From Candidatus Hydrogenedentota bacterium (GTDB taxonomy: Bacteria > Hydrogenedentota > Hydrogenedentia > Hydrogenedentales > SLHB01), in contig BTWA01000010.1 in assembly GCA_045863295.1 (NCBI GenBank), forward strand, positions 1-64,000: a DNA stretch of 64,000 nucleotides, read 5' to 3'. The position numbers were made by a program, and so were the translations under genes. Under the pieces are notes generated by a model. That model was given only the letters and a program-made list of their open reading frames with translations, was not told where the DNA came from and searched no databases. Shown here one piece after another: positions 47,175 through 57,935 of this stretch (its first letter is position 1; the number at the start of each line of letters is the position of its first letter).

Positions 47175-48557
47175 ATGGCCGTACATCGAGTGACCAAGGG
47201 GCTGAATCTTCCGATTGCGGGCGAGCCCCTTCAACAGATTGAGCCGGCGCGTACGCCCGGCCATGTTGCCCTTCTGGGGGCGGACTACCATGGCATGAGG
47301 CCGACCCTTTTTGTCCGTGAAGGCGATTCGGTAAAACGCGGCCAGGCCCTGTTCGAAGACAAGAAGACGCCCGGTGTTTTGTACACGTCGCCCGCCGCTG
47401 GCACGGTCAAGACCGTGCATCGCGGCGCGAAACGCGCCTTCCAATCGTTGGTAATCGAATTGAGCGACGCCGAGCGCGACGGCAGCGCGGGTACTGAGAG
47501 CGAAGTCACGTTTCAAGCGTACTTGGGCAAAGATCCATCCGGGTTGAGCCGTGATCAGATCACAGCCCTGCTCACCGAATCCGGGCTGTGGACTGCATTT
47601 CGCATGCGGCCTTTCAGCAAGGTTCCGCAACCAGGAACCATGCCGCACTCCATTTTTGTCACGGCGATGGACTCGAACCCGCTCGCACCGTCCGTGGAAG
47701 TCATACTTAAAGGCCAGGAAGACGCTTTCGCCAATGGCCTCGTGTGTGTCGCGAAGTTGACCGAAGGCCGCACGTACTTGTGCAAGGCCGCCGGGTCTGC
47801 GATTCCCGCGAATCCCAACACTGGCATCACCATTGAAGAATTCTCAGGGCCGCACCCTTCCGGCACTCCCGGCTACCATATCCACACGCTTGACCCGGTT
47901 TATCGCGAGAAGACCGTATGGTACATCGGTTTGCAGGACGTCATTGCCATTGGACGGCTGTTTGCCACCGGCCGGCTCTTCGTGGATCGGGTCATTGCGC
48001 TTGCGGGTCCGCAGGTGAAGAAGCCGCGCCTGTTGCGCACGCGTATTGGAGCGAGCCTGGCCGATATCTGCGCCGGTGAATTGAACGACGGTGAAAACCG
48101 GGTCATTTCGGGATCGGTGTTGTCCGGCCGGAAGGCCATGGGCGAGGCGCACGGGTACCTGGGCCGGTTTCACCAGCAGGTTTCCGTTATCGCCGAAGGC
48201 CGTGACCGGGACTTTCTGGGCTGGCTTGCGCCCGGTACCGATAAATTCTCGGTGCTTGGCGTGTTTGCTTCCAAATGGATTGGCGGCGGCAAGAAATTCA
48301 ATTTCACCACGACGACGAATGGTTCTGAGCGATCCATCGTTCCGGTCGGATCGTTCGAACGCGTCATGCCCATGGATATTTGCGCCACGCATCTGCTCCG
48401 TTCAATTGCGGTTCGCGACGTCGAACGCGCGGAACAACTGGGCATGCTGGAACTTGACGAGGAAGATCTGGCCCTGTGTACCTATGTGTGTCCCTGCAAA
48501 AATGACTACGGGACGTTTCTTCGGGAAACGCTGAACATAATCGAGAAAGAGGGATGA
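47175..48557 (+). CDS. nqrA: Na+-translocating NADH:quinone reductase subunit A
   Basis: KGLNLPIAG, LFEDKK, RPFSKVP, GPHPSG, ELDEEDLALCTYVCP. Confidence 0.97.
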   Translation: MAVHRVTKGLNLPIAGEPLQQIEPARTPGHVALLGADYHGMRPTLFVREGDSVKRGQALFEDKKTPGVLYTSPAAGTVKTVHRGAKRAFQSLVIELSDAERDGSAGTESEVTFQAYLGKDPSGLSRDQITALLTESGLWTAFRMRPFSKVPQPGTMPHSIFVTAMDSNPLAPSVEVILKGQEDAFANGLVCVAKLTEGRTYLCKAAGSAIPANPNTGITIEEFSGPHPSGTPGYHIHTLDPVYREKTVWYIGLQDVIAIGRLFATGRLFVDRVIALAGPQVKKPRLLRTRIGASLADICAGELNDGENRVISGSVLSGRKAMGEAHGYLGRFHQQVSVIAEGRDRDFLGWLAPGTDKFSVLGVFASKWIGGGKKFNFTTTTNGSERSIVPVGSFERVMPMDICATHLLRSIAVRDVERAEQLGMLELDEEDLALCTYVCPCKNDYGTFLRETLNIIEKEG

Positions 48558-49798
48558 TCAAGTTAATCCGCGATATGCAGGACAAGCAGCGCAAGCTCTT
48601 TGAAAAGGGTGGGCCGCTGGAGCGCTTGTATCCGTTGTACGAAGCAAACGACACGTTTCTTTTTACACCGGACAGTGTGACGGAACACGACGCCCACGTC
48701 CGTGACGGGGCAGACCTGAAGCGCGTGATGATCACAGTGGTGGTCGCTCTCGTGCCGTGTATGCTGATGGCCATGTACAATACGGGACTGCAGGCCAACC
48801 TGGCGCTTAGTCCCGATCGACTGGCCGAGCTTGTGGGGATTCGCTACAGCATCCTACGCGGGCTGGGAATCGGATTCTCCCCGGAAAGTATCTTGGCCTG
48901 CCTCGTGCACGGTGCCTTGTATTACGTTCCGGTATACATTGTGACGCTGGCGGCAGGCGGTCTGTGCGAGGCTGCGTTTGCCATTGTGCGCAAACATGAA
49001 ATCAACGAAGGCTTCCTGGTCACCAGCGCGTTGTTTCCCCTGATACTTCCTCCCACCATCCCCCTGTGGCAAGTTGCGCTCGGCATTATCTTCGGCGTCG
49101 TCATCGGCAAGGAGATTTTCGGTGGCGTGGGAATGAATATCTTTAATCCCGCCTTGATGGCGCGCGCATTTCTGTTCTTTGCCTATCCCGGCCAGATCTC
49201 GGGCGACAAGGTGTGGACGGCTGTACCCGCGGATGCGGCGATGCACGTGGACGGATTCAGCGGAGCCACCTGGCTGGCGCGTGCCGCCGAGAGCGGAATG
49301 GACGCGATACAGGGACTAAACTGGTGGGACGCCTTTCTTGGATTCATCCCCGGATCCATGGGTGAAACCTCTACCTTGGCGTGCCTCTTTGGCGCTGCCG
49401 TGTTGATCATCACCAAGGTGGGCTCCTGGCGCACAATGGCCGGCGGCTTGCTGGGCAGCTTCTTTATCTGCGCCCTGCTTAATTTTGTTGGCCGGTTCGA
49501 AGGCACAACCAACGTTTTCCTCGACGTGCCATTTTACTGGCATTGGGTGCTTGGCGGGTTCGCATTTGCGATCGTCTTCATGGCCACTGACCCCGTTTCA
49601 TCGGCGTTTACCGAAACCGGCAAATGGGTGTACGGTTTCTTTATCGGCGTGCTTGGCATCTTGATTCGCGTCATCAATCCAGCGTATCCCGAGGGCTGGA
49701 TGCTCGCAATCCTGTTTATGAACATGTTCGCGCCCGTCATCGACCACTTTGTGGTGAAGGCGAATATCAAACGGAGGATGGCGCGCTATGCAGCGTAA
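48554..49798 (+). CDS. nqrB: Na+-NQR subunit B
   Basis: HVRDGADLKRVM, GKEIFGG, FMN site DGFSGAT, GSMGETS, FMATDPVS. Confidence 0.97.
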   Translation: MIKLIRDMQDKQRKLFEKGGPLERLYPLYEANDTFLFTPDSVTEHDAHVRDGADLKRVMITVVVALVPCMLMAMYNTGLQANLALSPDRLAELVGIRYSILRGLGIGFSPESILACLVHGALYYVPVYIVTLAAGGLCEAAFAIVRKHEINEGFLVTSALFPLILPPTIPLWQVALGIIFGVVIGKEIFGGVGMNIFNPALMARAFLFFAYPGQISGDKVWTAVPADAAMHVDGFSGATWLARAAESGMDAIQGLNWWDAFLGFIPGSMGETSTLACLFGAAVLIITKVGSWRTMAGGLLGSFFICALLNFVGRFEGTTNVFLDVPFYWHWVLGGFAFAIVFMATDPVSSAFTETGKWVYGFFIGVLGILIRVINPAYPEGWMLAILFMNMFAPVIDHFVVKANIKRRMARYAA

Positions 49799-50591
49799 GG
49801 GTGAAGGCTACACGATCCTGTTTTCAGGCGCCGTGTGCATTATCTGTTCCGCGTTTGTGGCCGGGGCGGCGGTCTTTCTGAAAGACAAGCAAGACATCAA
49901 TCTCCTGGTCGATCGGAAAGAGAAAGTGTTGACCGTGTGTCATCTGATCGAGCCTACGGAGAAGTTGACCAACGAACAGGTACTCGAACGGTTTGAAAAA
50001 AATATTGTGCCCAAGGTCGTCGACTTAAAGACCGGCGACTATGTGCCGGAAGACCAGATTGATCCTGCCGCGTACGATCAGCAGAAGGCGAAAAATGATC
50101 CGGCGATGAGCGAAGAAGCGCCTCGCAACCCCGCGCAAATCTCCCGCGTGCCGAAATACGCGCTTGTTTATCAAGTGAAGCCCGCCGACGAAGTTACCAT
50201 GATCGTGCTCCCTATCGAAGGGAAAGGGTTGTGGTCCACGCTGTACGGCTACCTTGTGTTGGACAAGGATCTCACCACGATCCTCGGGCTCACCTTCTAT
50301 GCCCACGCGGAAACGCCCGGTCTTGGCGGCGAAGTGGATAATCCGTCATGGAAAGCCAAATGGCCAGGCCGGAAGGCGTTTGACGAGGCGCACGAACCGG
50401 CGATTGCCGTCGTAAAGGGCGGCGTGGGTTCGCCGGAAGAAGATCCGCACAAGGTGGACGCGTTGTCCGGCGCAACCATTACAAGCAATGGCGTGACCTA
50501 CCTGCTTCAATTCTGGCTGGGTGAGAACGGCTTTGGTCCCTATTTGGACAAGTTACGCGAACCGGCGGCGGCGTCCGCGCAACCGGCTTAG
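49788..50591 (+). CDS. nqrC: Na+-NQR subunit C
   Basis: GKGLWST, ETPGLGGEV, FMN site DALSGATITS. Confidence 0.97.
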   Translation: MQRKGEGYTILFSGAVCIICSAFVAGAAVFLKDKQDINLLVDRKEKVLTVCHLIEPTEKLTNEQVLERFEKNIVPKVVDLKTGDYVPEDQIDPAAYDQQKAKNDPAMSEEAPRNPAQISRVPKYALVYQVKPADEVTMIVLPIEGKGLWSTLYGYLVLDKDLTTILGLTFYAHAETPGLGGEVDNPSWKAKWPGRKAFDEAHEPAIAVVKGGVGSPEEDPHKVDALSGATITSNGVTYLLQFWLGENGFGPYLDKLREPAAASAQPA

Positions 50592-50600
50592 GAGGATATC

Positions 50601-51236
50601 ATGGCAGCCCCATCGGCAAAGGAAGTGCGGTCGGTCTTGCTGGATCCGCTTTTCAGCAACAATCCGATCGGCCTTCAGGTACTCGGCATCTGCTCCGCAT
50701 TGGCCGTGACGACCAAGCTCGAAGTGGCATTGGTAATGTGCATCGCGCTGACGACCGTGACCGGGTTCTCCAACCTGTCTGTCAGTCTTGTGCGGAATGC
50801 GATTCCGTTCAGCGTTCGCATCATTATTCAGATGGCCATCATTGCCTCCTTGGTTATCGTGGTCGATCAGGTGCTCAAGGCATACGTATTCGAGATAAGC
50901 CAGAAGCTGTCTGTGTTCACCGGCCTCATTATCACAAACTGCATCGTAATGGGCCGGGCTGAAGGCTATGCCATGCAAAATGGCCCGGTGCTGAGTTTCC
51001 TGGACGGCATAGGCAACGGGCTGGGGTACAGCATGGTGCTGTTGGGTACCGGATTCATTCGGGAACTGACCGGCTCGGGGAGCCTTTTCGGATATTCGAT
51101 ATTGACCCGCACCGCGGACGGCGGGTGGTATGAGCCCAACGGGCTAATGCTGATTGCCCCGGGCGCCTTCTTCATCATCGGTATAGGGATTTGGGTGCTG
51201 CGCACCTTCAAGCCCGAGCAGGTCGAGGCGGAATAA
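50601..51236 (+). CDS. nqrD: Na+-NQR subunit D
   Basis: [32 protein letters not shown]. Confidence 0.97.
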   Translation: MAAPSAKEVRSVLLDPLFSNNPIGLQVLGICSALAVTTKLEVALVMCIALTTVTGFSNLSVSLVRNAIPFSVRIIIQMAIIASLVIVVDQVLKAYVFEISQKLSVFTGLIITNCIVMGRAEGYAMQNGPVLSFLDGIGNGLGYSMVLLGTGFIRELTGSGSLFGYSILTRTADGGWYEPNGLMLIAPGAFFIIGIGIWVLRTFKPEQVEAE

Positions 51237-51237
51237 C

Positions 51238-51849
51238 ATGGAACTCACGAACTTATTCATCAAGTCCGTTTTCGTTGAGAACATGGCACTGGCCTTCTTC
51301 CTGGGCATGTGCAGCTTTTTGAGTTGCTCGAAGAAAGTGGATACAGCAATCGGCCTTGGGTTCGCCGTCGTAATCGTGCAGGGACTCACGGTGCCGATGA
51401 ACAATCTGATTCACACGTTTCTTCTCAAGGAAGGCGCTTTGGCCTGGATTCATCCATCGTTTGCCGCCACTAACTTCGAGTTTCTGGGGTTAATCAGCTA
51501 CATCGGCACTATTGCCGCAATCGTTCAAGTACTGGAAATGGCCCTCGATAAGTATGCCCCCGCCCTCTACGTTACGCTGGGCGTGTTCTTGCCGCTGATT
51601 ACCGTGAACTGCGTAATCCTGGCCGGTTCGTTGTTCATGGTGGAACGCGACTACAACTTCGCCGAAAGCGTGGTGTATGGACTTGGTTCCGGCGTGGGTT
51701 GGGCCATCGCGATTGTGGCCCTGGCGGCGTGCCGCGAAAAGATGCGGTACAGCAATGTGCCGCCAGGATTGCGGGGTTTGGGAATGTCGTTCATGCTGGC
51801 CGGATTGATGGCCATTGGCTTCCTGAGCTTCTCCGGCATTCAACTGTGA
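51238..51849 (+). CDS. nqrE: Na+-NQR subunit E
   Basis: [30 protein letters not shown]. Confidence 0.97.
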   Translation: MELTNLFIKSVFVENMALAFFLGMCSFLSCSKKVDTAIGLGFAVVIVQGLTVPMNNLIHTFLLKEGALAWIHPSFAATNFEFLGLISYIGTIAAIVQVLEMALDKYAPALYVTLGVFLPLITVNCVILAGSLFMVERDYNFAESVVYGLGSGVGWAIAIVALAACREKMRYSNVPPGLRGLGMSFMLAGLMAIGFLSFSGIQL

Positions 51850-51904
51850 TTTGCGGAAGCGACGCGGCGTTCCGCCTCGCTAACCCATAAGGACTGGATC
51901 ATAC

Positions 51905-53137
51905 ATGAGTCCAATTCTCGTCATAGCCTTGGGCATGGTGATGTTTACGGGCGTTATCCTGCTGCTCGTGGTCGTCTTGCTGATGGCGAAGCGCAAACTG
52001 GTCAGTTCAGGAAACGTCAAGATTCTGATCAACGGAGAGCAGGAGATTACCGCCTCCACCGGATCCAGCCTCTTGGGGACACTCGCCTCTCAAGGCATCT
52101 TTATCCCTTCCGCGTGCGGCGGCAAAGGCAGTTGCGGCGTCTGCAAGGTCAAAGTACTCGAAGGCGGCGGCGCCATGCTGCCAACCGAGACAGGCTTCAT
52201 TTCCCGCGGCGCGGCCCGCGAAGGCTGCCGGCTTTCGTGCCAGGTGAAGGTCAAGCAAGACCTTAAGATTGAAGTGCCCGCGGAAGTATTCCACGTCAAA
52301 AAGTGGGACTGCACGGTCAAATCCAACAGGAACGTCGCCACGTTCATCAAAGAGCTTGTGCTGCAACTGCCCGAGGGAGAGCACGTCGATTTCCGCGCCG
52401 GCGGGTATATTCAAATCGAATGCCCTCCGCACGAACTGGTCTACAGCAATTTCGATATCGACGAGCGTTTCCGTGAAGATTGGGACAAGTTTAGCCTCTG
52501 GAAGATCAAGTCCGTCGTTAAGGAAGGCGTTTCCCGCGCCTACTCCATGGCGAACTACCCACTCGAAAAGGGCATCATCATGCTGAACGTGCGCGTCGCC
52601 ACGCCGCCGCCGCGCGCACCCGAGGGAACGCCGCCCGGCATCATGTCGTCGTATATTTTCAATTTGAAGCCCGGCGACAAGGTAACCATTTCCGGTCCCT
52701 TTGGCGAGTTCTTTGCCAAGGATACCGAGGCGGAAATGTGCTTCATCGGCGGTGGCGCGGGCATGGCCCCGATGCGTTCGCACATCTACGATCTATTCCA
52801 TCGCATCCACACCAAACGAAAAGTGACCTTTTGGTACGGCGCACGCAGCCTGAAGGAAACATTCTACAACGACGAGTTCGACAAGATTCAGGCGGAGAAC
52901 CCCAATTTCAAGTGGCACTTGGCCTTGTCCGAACCGTTGCCTGAAGACAATTGGACTGGTTTGAAAGGGTTCATTCACCAGGTACTCTACGATCAGTATC
53001 TGAAAGAACATCCGAGTCCGGAAGATGTCGAGTACTACATTTGCGGTCCGCCCATGATGTTGACGGCCGTGCGTAATATGCTTACCGATTTGGGCGTGGA
53101 AAGCGAGAACATTGCGTACGACGATTTCGGCAGTTGA
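51905..53137 (+). CDS. nqrF: Na+-NQR subunit F
   Basis: 2Fe-2[13 protein letters not shown]...[32 protein letters not shown]. Confidence 0.98.
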   Translation: MSPILVIALGMVMFTGVILLLVVVLLMAKRKLVSSGNVKILINGEQEITASTGSSLLGTLASQGIFIPSACGGKGSCGVCKVKVLEGGGAMLPTETGFISRGAAREGCRLSCQVKVKQDLKIEVPAEVFHVKKWDCTVKSNRNVATFIKELVLQLPEGEHVDFRAGGYIQIECPPHELVYSNFDIDERFREDWDKFSLWKIKSVVKEGVSRAYSMANYPLEKGIIMLNVRVATPPPRAPEGTPPGIMSSYIFNLKPGDKVTISGPFGEFFAKDTEAEMCFIGGGAGMAPMRSHIYDLFHRIHTKRKVTFWYGARSLKETFYNDEFDKIQAENPNFKWHLALSEPLPEDNWTGLKGFIHQVLYDQYLKEHPSPEDVEYYICGPPMMLTAVRNMLTDLGVESENIAYDDFGS

Positions 53138-53142
53138 TCGGC

Positions 53143-54219
53143 ATGCGACGCAGTGCAAGTAAGTTTATGGCCAGCGCGGCTCATCGGGTCGCGCTGGTTT
53201 CTTTCATGTCCCTCGCGTGTGCGTCGTGCCATGTCGGCAAAGGCGATTTCGCCTTGTCCGGTCCTACCATGGGCACAACCTATCACGTAAAGATCCGAGT
53301 GCAGGAGAGCGGCCTGTTTGCACACGGAAAATTGGTAAAGCAGGTGCAGTCGGCCATCGATGACGTGCTCGCCGGCATTGACGAACAGATGTCTACCTAC
53401 CGGGATTCCTCCGAGATTTCCCGCCTGAACTCAGCCCCCGCCAATACCCCAATCGCCGTTTCCGCGGACTTGTTTTCGGTGTTCCAAACCGCCGGACGCA
53501 TTAGCGAGGAGTCCGGAGGCGCGTTCGATATCACCGTGGGCCCGCTGGTGAACGCATGGGGATTCGGACCGAAGAAGAGCATCGAACCCAAAGAGCCCAC
53601 CGGCTCCGAGTTGGCAGACTTGCTGGACTTGGTCGGTTTTCAAAAACTCACCTTGAATGCAGAAGGCAAAACCATCGCCAAAATGCACGCCAGTACCTAT
53701 TGCGACCTGAACTCCATTGCCCCGGGCTACGCAGTAGACAAAGTCGCGTTGGCGTTGGACGCCTTGTCAATCGAACATTATATGGTTGAGATCGGCGGGG
53801 AAGTGCGCGCCAAGGGACTGAACGAAGAAGGTCAACCGTGGCAGATTGCGATCGAAAAGCCCACGCTCCTGCCCGAACAACAAATCGAGACCGTAGTGCC
53901 ATTGAGCGGAATGTCCCTCGCTACCTCCGGCGATTATCGCAACTTCATTGAAATCGACGGCCAACGGTTCTCGCATACCATCGATCCGAAGTCCGGCCGC
54001 CCAGTCACGCATAAACTGGCTTCTGTAACCGTTATTACTAAAGAATGCGTCGATGCGGACGGATACGCAACCGCCATCATGGCAATGGGGCCCGAGGCTG
54101 GCATGGCCATGGCGGAACGCCTGAAGTTAAGTGTATACATGATTTTGCACAGCGACGACGGCCAGTATCGGGTTGAAACGTCATCCGCATTTCAACAGCA
54201 ACCGGGCCAGTCCCAATGA
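53143..54219 (+). CDS. apbE: FAD:protein FMN transferase
   Basis: TMGTTY, SEISRLN, FDITVGPLVNAWGFG, ATSGDYRN, SHTIDP, ADGYATA; start uncertain (53134-53167). Confidence 0.95.
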   Translation: MRRSASKFMASAAHRVALVSFMSLACASCHVGKGDFALSGPTMGTTYHVKIRVQESGLFAHGKLVKQVQSAIDDVLAGIDEQMSTYRDSSEISRLNSAPANTPIAVSADLFSVFQTAGRISEESGGAFDITVGPLVNAWGFGPKKSIEPKEPTGSELADLLDLVGFQKLTLNAEGKTIAKMHASTYCDLNSIAPGYAVDKVALALDALSIEHYMVEIGGEVRAKGLNEEGQPWQIAIEKPTLLPEQQIETVVPLSGMSLATSGDYRNFIEIDGQRFSHTIDPKSGRPVTHKLASVTVITKECVDADGYATAIMAMGPEAGMAMAERLKLSVYMILHSDDGQYRVETSSAFQQQPGQSQ

Positions 54220-54229
54220 GGGCGCAGCC

Positions 54230-54451
54230 ATGCCGCAACTAGTCATATTTCTCGTGACCCTGACCTTCGTCGCCATTGCGATGATGGCGCTTGCCGTGGG
54301 CTACCTGGTTCGCGGCCGCTGCATCCGAGGCACCTGCAGCACCGAAGGCGTCATCGGTCCGGACGGCGAACTCCTCACCTGCGACACCTGTCCGCGCCGG
54401 AAGGAAGGCGAATGCGATGGCGAACATGGACATGAACACCACGCCGCGTAG
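54230..54451 (+). CDS. nqrM: Na+-NQR maturation factor NqrM-like
   Basis: Small TM protein after apbE with IRGTC...CDTC...C motif. Confidence 0.75.
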   Translation: MPQLVIFLVTLTFVAIAMMALAVGYLVRGRCIRGTCSTEGVIGPDGELLTCDTCPRRKEGECDGEHGHEHHAA

Positions 54452-56261
54452 CCATAGTTGTGGGCTCGGCGTTGCGCACACGGTAGCCCGATACGTGGCG
54501 GCGTGGGTGGTTTTCCTCCTGGGAATCGCAACCCTGGCCTTCGCCCAGGACACGCGCAAGCTCAACAACTTCGTGAGCGAACTCGGTACGTGGAGTCAAT
54601 CACAAGCGGATTCCAAGGTCTCATTTACAACTCCTGCCGACGGGTGGCTTCTTATCCGGGTTGTTGCCAAGCCCGATACGCACGTGCAAGTCGTCGACGA
54701 AGGCAACATTTTGGTGAACGAGGCCCGCCCCGAGGCCATGGTGTGGAAAGCCAAGGACACGTACGTTCTTCAAGTCCTCGGCGACGGTGCACGGCAAGTG
54801 TCTGTGCGAACCATACCGGAGTTGCACTATTGCCGATACCCGGCCCAGCCCAGCGTGGCCGCCTACGGCAGTTACGATTGGCCCTTTCTCGAACGCCATG
54901 TCCTGCCGCATGTCAATACCATCGTCGGCAACCCGGCGGATGATGCAGACAATCGCATCGACCCATGGATCAGAACCGGCCGAAAGTGGATTGGATACGC
55001 CGGATTGCCGCTCGCGGAAGGACTCTCCGCAGACAACGCATACAGGCATTGGGCCGAGAATCCCGGTTTTACCGATCCTCGCTTGTCCGGTGTCATAGTG
55101 GATGAGTTTCAAGGGCGTCAGAATCCGTTGTATCCGGCTTGGACCGAATCGCTGGCCCGGCTTGGCAGCAATCCCGTCTTTACCGGCAAGAAGTTTTACG
55201 GATATTGCGGTGGCCCAGGCATGTATTCACGGCCGCAAACCCGATCTTTTGTCAACACGGTGATCGAAAAAGACTACCGCATCGCGTGGCTGCGGTATCT
55301 GCATGAGATGCCGACCCACGCCGCCGCCGAAACACAGCTTCAGACCCTGTTGACAGACGAAATGGTCAAGTGGCGCGCCACGTTTCCCGGCGTGGAAAGA
55401 CACATGATCCTGGTATCCGGATTGTTTACAAGCGCCCTGAGCCTGAACGTTCAGCCACAAGTAAGTTACAAAGCCTGGATGGACATGCAAGTACGCCACC
55501 TGGCGACCGATCCGGCGTTCCAAGGATTGTCTGGGCTTCAATGGTGGACTTCCCAGCAGGCAGACGAGGAAATACTCCGCTGGATGGCCGCGCTCTTCCG
55601 GCATTACGCCCTCGAGGGTCGAACGGATTCCCTTGCGGAAGCGTACGGCTATGCATATGAGCTACCCCATTTGACTAACCCTGACTTCGACGCCCAACTC
55701 GACGGATGGACTGCCAATACAGCCGAAACAGGCACGATCACTTCGGGGTATATGGAGCACCTAGGGCGTTTGCAAGGACGTTACTGGCATCGCGCAATCT
55801 TTCCCGATGAACCTGCGGGCAACGCCTTCGCTCTGCTAAGAAGAAGTACCAGGGGCCCCAACCGAATCAGCCAGCCGGTTCGCAGTCTGAAACCCGGCCA
55901 GTTGTACTCATTGAAAGTTATTGCAGCAGATTATGGCGACCTTTCGGCCGGGTTGTCCGAGGAAAAAGAAGTCGCGTTGCGCATCGACTTCACAGGGGCA
56001 GAGCCGGTTCCAGGCAAAAGCTTTGTAACCCGGTACAATAGTGCTTCGTCCGCAACCACGAGTGGTCCGTTTACCGGGGGAAAAGTGGCCTGGTTTACCC
56101 TGTACCGGCAAGTCTTTCGCGCGACACGCGAAATCGGCGAGCTAACTATTTCGGATTGGAAGAGCGATTCGGAAGCAGGCGGCGCCACCGGCCAGGAAAT
56201 AGCGATAAATTTCGTTGAATTGGAGCCCTATTACGATGCGGACGCCGGCGATCCGCATTGA
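54432..56261 (+). CDS. Secreted hypothetical protein (possible glycan-active barrel + beta-sandwich)
   Basis: Signal peptide ending AFA, GVIVDEF, LTNPDFDAQLDGW, NFVELEPY; start at 54432 inferred. Confidence 0.65.
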   Translation: MNTTPRSHSCGLGVAHTVARYVAAWVVFLLGIATLAFAQDTRKLNNFVSELGTWSQSQADSKVSFTTPADGWLLIRVVAKPDTHVQVVDEGNILVNEARPEAMVWKAKDTYVLQVLGDGARQVSVRTIPELHYCRYPAQPSVAAYGSYDWPFLERHVLPHVNTIVGNPADDADNRIDPWIRTGRKWIGYAGLPLAEGLSADNAYRHWAENPGFTDPRLSGVIVDEFQGRQNPLYPAWTESLARLGSNPVFTGKKFYGYCGGPGMYSRPQTRSFVNTVIEKDYRIAWLRYLHEMPTHAAAETQLQTLLTDEMVKWRATFPGVERHMILVSGLFTSALSLNVQPQVSYKAWMDMQVRHLATDPAFQGLSGLQWWTSQQADEEILRWMAALFRHYALEGRTDSLAEAYGYAYELPHLTNPDFDAQLDGWTANTAETGTITSGYMEHLGRLQGRYWHRAIFPDEPAGNAFALLRRSTRGPNRISQPVRSLKPGQLYSLKVIAADYGDLSAGLSEEKEVALRIDFTGAEPVPGKSFVTRYNSASSATTSGPFTGGKVAWFTLYRQVFRATREIGELTISDWKSDSEAGGATGQEIAINFVELEPYYDADAGDPH

Positions 56262-56377
56262 ATTGGGTGAATCCTTGCCAAACGTGATACACTCCTGACC
56301 ATTTCCCTGGGCAGGGGAAATGTGCGCAAATGCGCGATACGTGAGTGGACCGCTACCGGATCGGGAATCAAAAAAAC

Positions 56378-57925
56378 ATGCATCCAACCCGTCCCATTAT
56401 CGTCTTGGATTTTGGCGCGCAGTACAGCAAGCTTATCGCCCGCCGCGTTCGCGAAGCCAATGTGTTCAGCCTGATTGAGCCGTTCAACGTCTCCATCGAA
56501 ACACTCAAGGCGCACAACCCCGCCGGCATTATCTTCAGCGGCGGTCCCGCCAGCGTGCATGCGGCCGGATCGCCAAAGCCGGATCCGCGCGTGTTTGATC
56601 TTGGCGTGCCCATTCTTGGCATCTGCTACGGCATTCAGCTCTTCGCGGACATGCTCGGCGGCAAGGTGGAGCGTGCAGGCAAGCGAGAATACGGCATCGC
56701 CCATCTGGAGCATCACGATACCACAGGCTTCCTGGCCGGCATTCATAACCGCACGCAAGTGTGGATGAGTCACGGCGACGCCGTCACCGAATTGCCTGCA
56801 GGTTTTCAAACACTGGGCACCACCGAGAATTGTCCCTACGCGGCGGCGGCTGATGTCGCGCGAAAGTTCTACGGCGTTCAATTTCACCCGGAAGTGGTCC
56901 ACACCCCGGAAGGCACCAAGGTGCTTTCAAATTTTGTCCACACCATCTGCGGATGCAAGGGCGATTGGAACATGGGTTCATTTGTCGATGTCGCCATCGC
57001 CGACATTCGCGAGCAGGTGGGATCCGACGGGCGCGTCGTGCTCGGATTGAGCGGGGGAGTAGACTCCAGCGTGGCGGCCGTGCTGATTCACAAGGCCATT
57101 GGCGATCGCCTCACGTGCGTGTTTGTGAACAACGGACTGTTGCGCAAGGGGGAACCGGAACTCGTACAACAAGTTTTCCGCGATCATTTTCATATCGATT
57201 TGCACTACGTCGATGCGGAAGTTCGTTTCCTCGTCGCGCTCAAGGGCGTCACCGATCCGGAACAAAAGCGCAAGATCATCGGCAAGCTTTTCGTCGATAT
57301 CTTTGAAGAAGAGGCAGGCAAACTGGGCAAGGTCGATTTTCTCGCCCAAGGAACACTTTACCCCGATGTGATTGAAAGCGTCTCCGCGACAGGCGGCCCG
57401 TCCGTGACCATTAAGAGCCATCACAACGTCGGTGGATTGCCCGAGCACATGAACCTGAAGCTGCTGGAACCGCTACGGGAACTATTCAAAGACGAAGTGC
57501 GCGCCCTGGGGCGTCAACTCGGATTGACCGAGGAAATCGTCATGCGTCACCCGTTTCCAGGTCCGGGCTTGGGCGTGCGCTGCATTGGAGAAGTCACCAA
57601 AGACCGTCTGGAAACGCTCCGCGAAGCCGACGCCATTTTTATTGAGGAGATCCGGCGCGCCGGGTTGTATCCAGCGATATGGCAAGCATTGGTGTGTCTG
57701 CTCCCCGTTCGCAGCGTGGGTGTCCAGGGCGACGAACGCACCTATGAAGAAGTGTGTTCCCTGCGCGCCGTTACCTCCGAAGATGCCATGACCGCGGACT
57801 GGTTCCGGTTTCCGCCGGAAATCCTGCAACGCATTTCCAACCGCATTTGCAACGAAGTGCAGCACATCAACCGCGTCCTCTACGACGTGACCTCCAAGCC
57901 GCCCGGCACCATCGAGTGGGAATAG
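56378..57925 (+). CDS. guaA: GMP synthase (glutamine-hydrolysing)
   Basis: [47 protein letters not shown]. Confidence 0.98.
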   Translation: MHPTRPIIVLDFGAQYSKLIARRVREANVFSLIEPFNVSIETLKAHNPAGIIFSGGPASVHAAGSPKPDPRVFDLGVPILGICYGIQLFADMLGGKVERAGKREYGIAHLEHHDTTGFLAGIHNRTQVWMSHGDAVTELPAGFQTLGTTENCPYAAAADVARKFYGVQFHPEVVHTPEGTKVLSNFVHTICGCKGDWNMGSFVDVAIADIREQVGSDGRVVLGLSGGVDSSVAAVLIHKAIGDRLTCVFVNNGLLRKGEPELVQQVFRDHFHIDLHYVDAEVRFLVALKGVTDPEQKRKIIGKLFVDIFEEEAGKLGKVDFLAQGTLYPDVIESVSATGGPSVTIKSHHNVGGLPEHMNLKLLEPLRELFKDEVRALGRQLGLTEEIVMRHPFPGPGLGVRCIGEVTKDRLETLREADAIFIEEIRRAGLYPAIWQALVCLLPVRSVGVQGDERTYEEVCSLRAVTSEDAMTADWFRFPPEILQRISNRICNEVQHINRVLYDVTSKPPGTIEWE

Positions 57926-57935
57926 CCGCGTGCGC

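Noticed and set aside
56262..56377. Possible purine riboswitch before guaA (hairpin CATTTCCC/GGGAAATG at 56300-56322)
   Set aside because: No three-way junction or conserved purine aptamer nucleotides; only a simple hairpin
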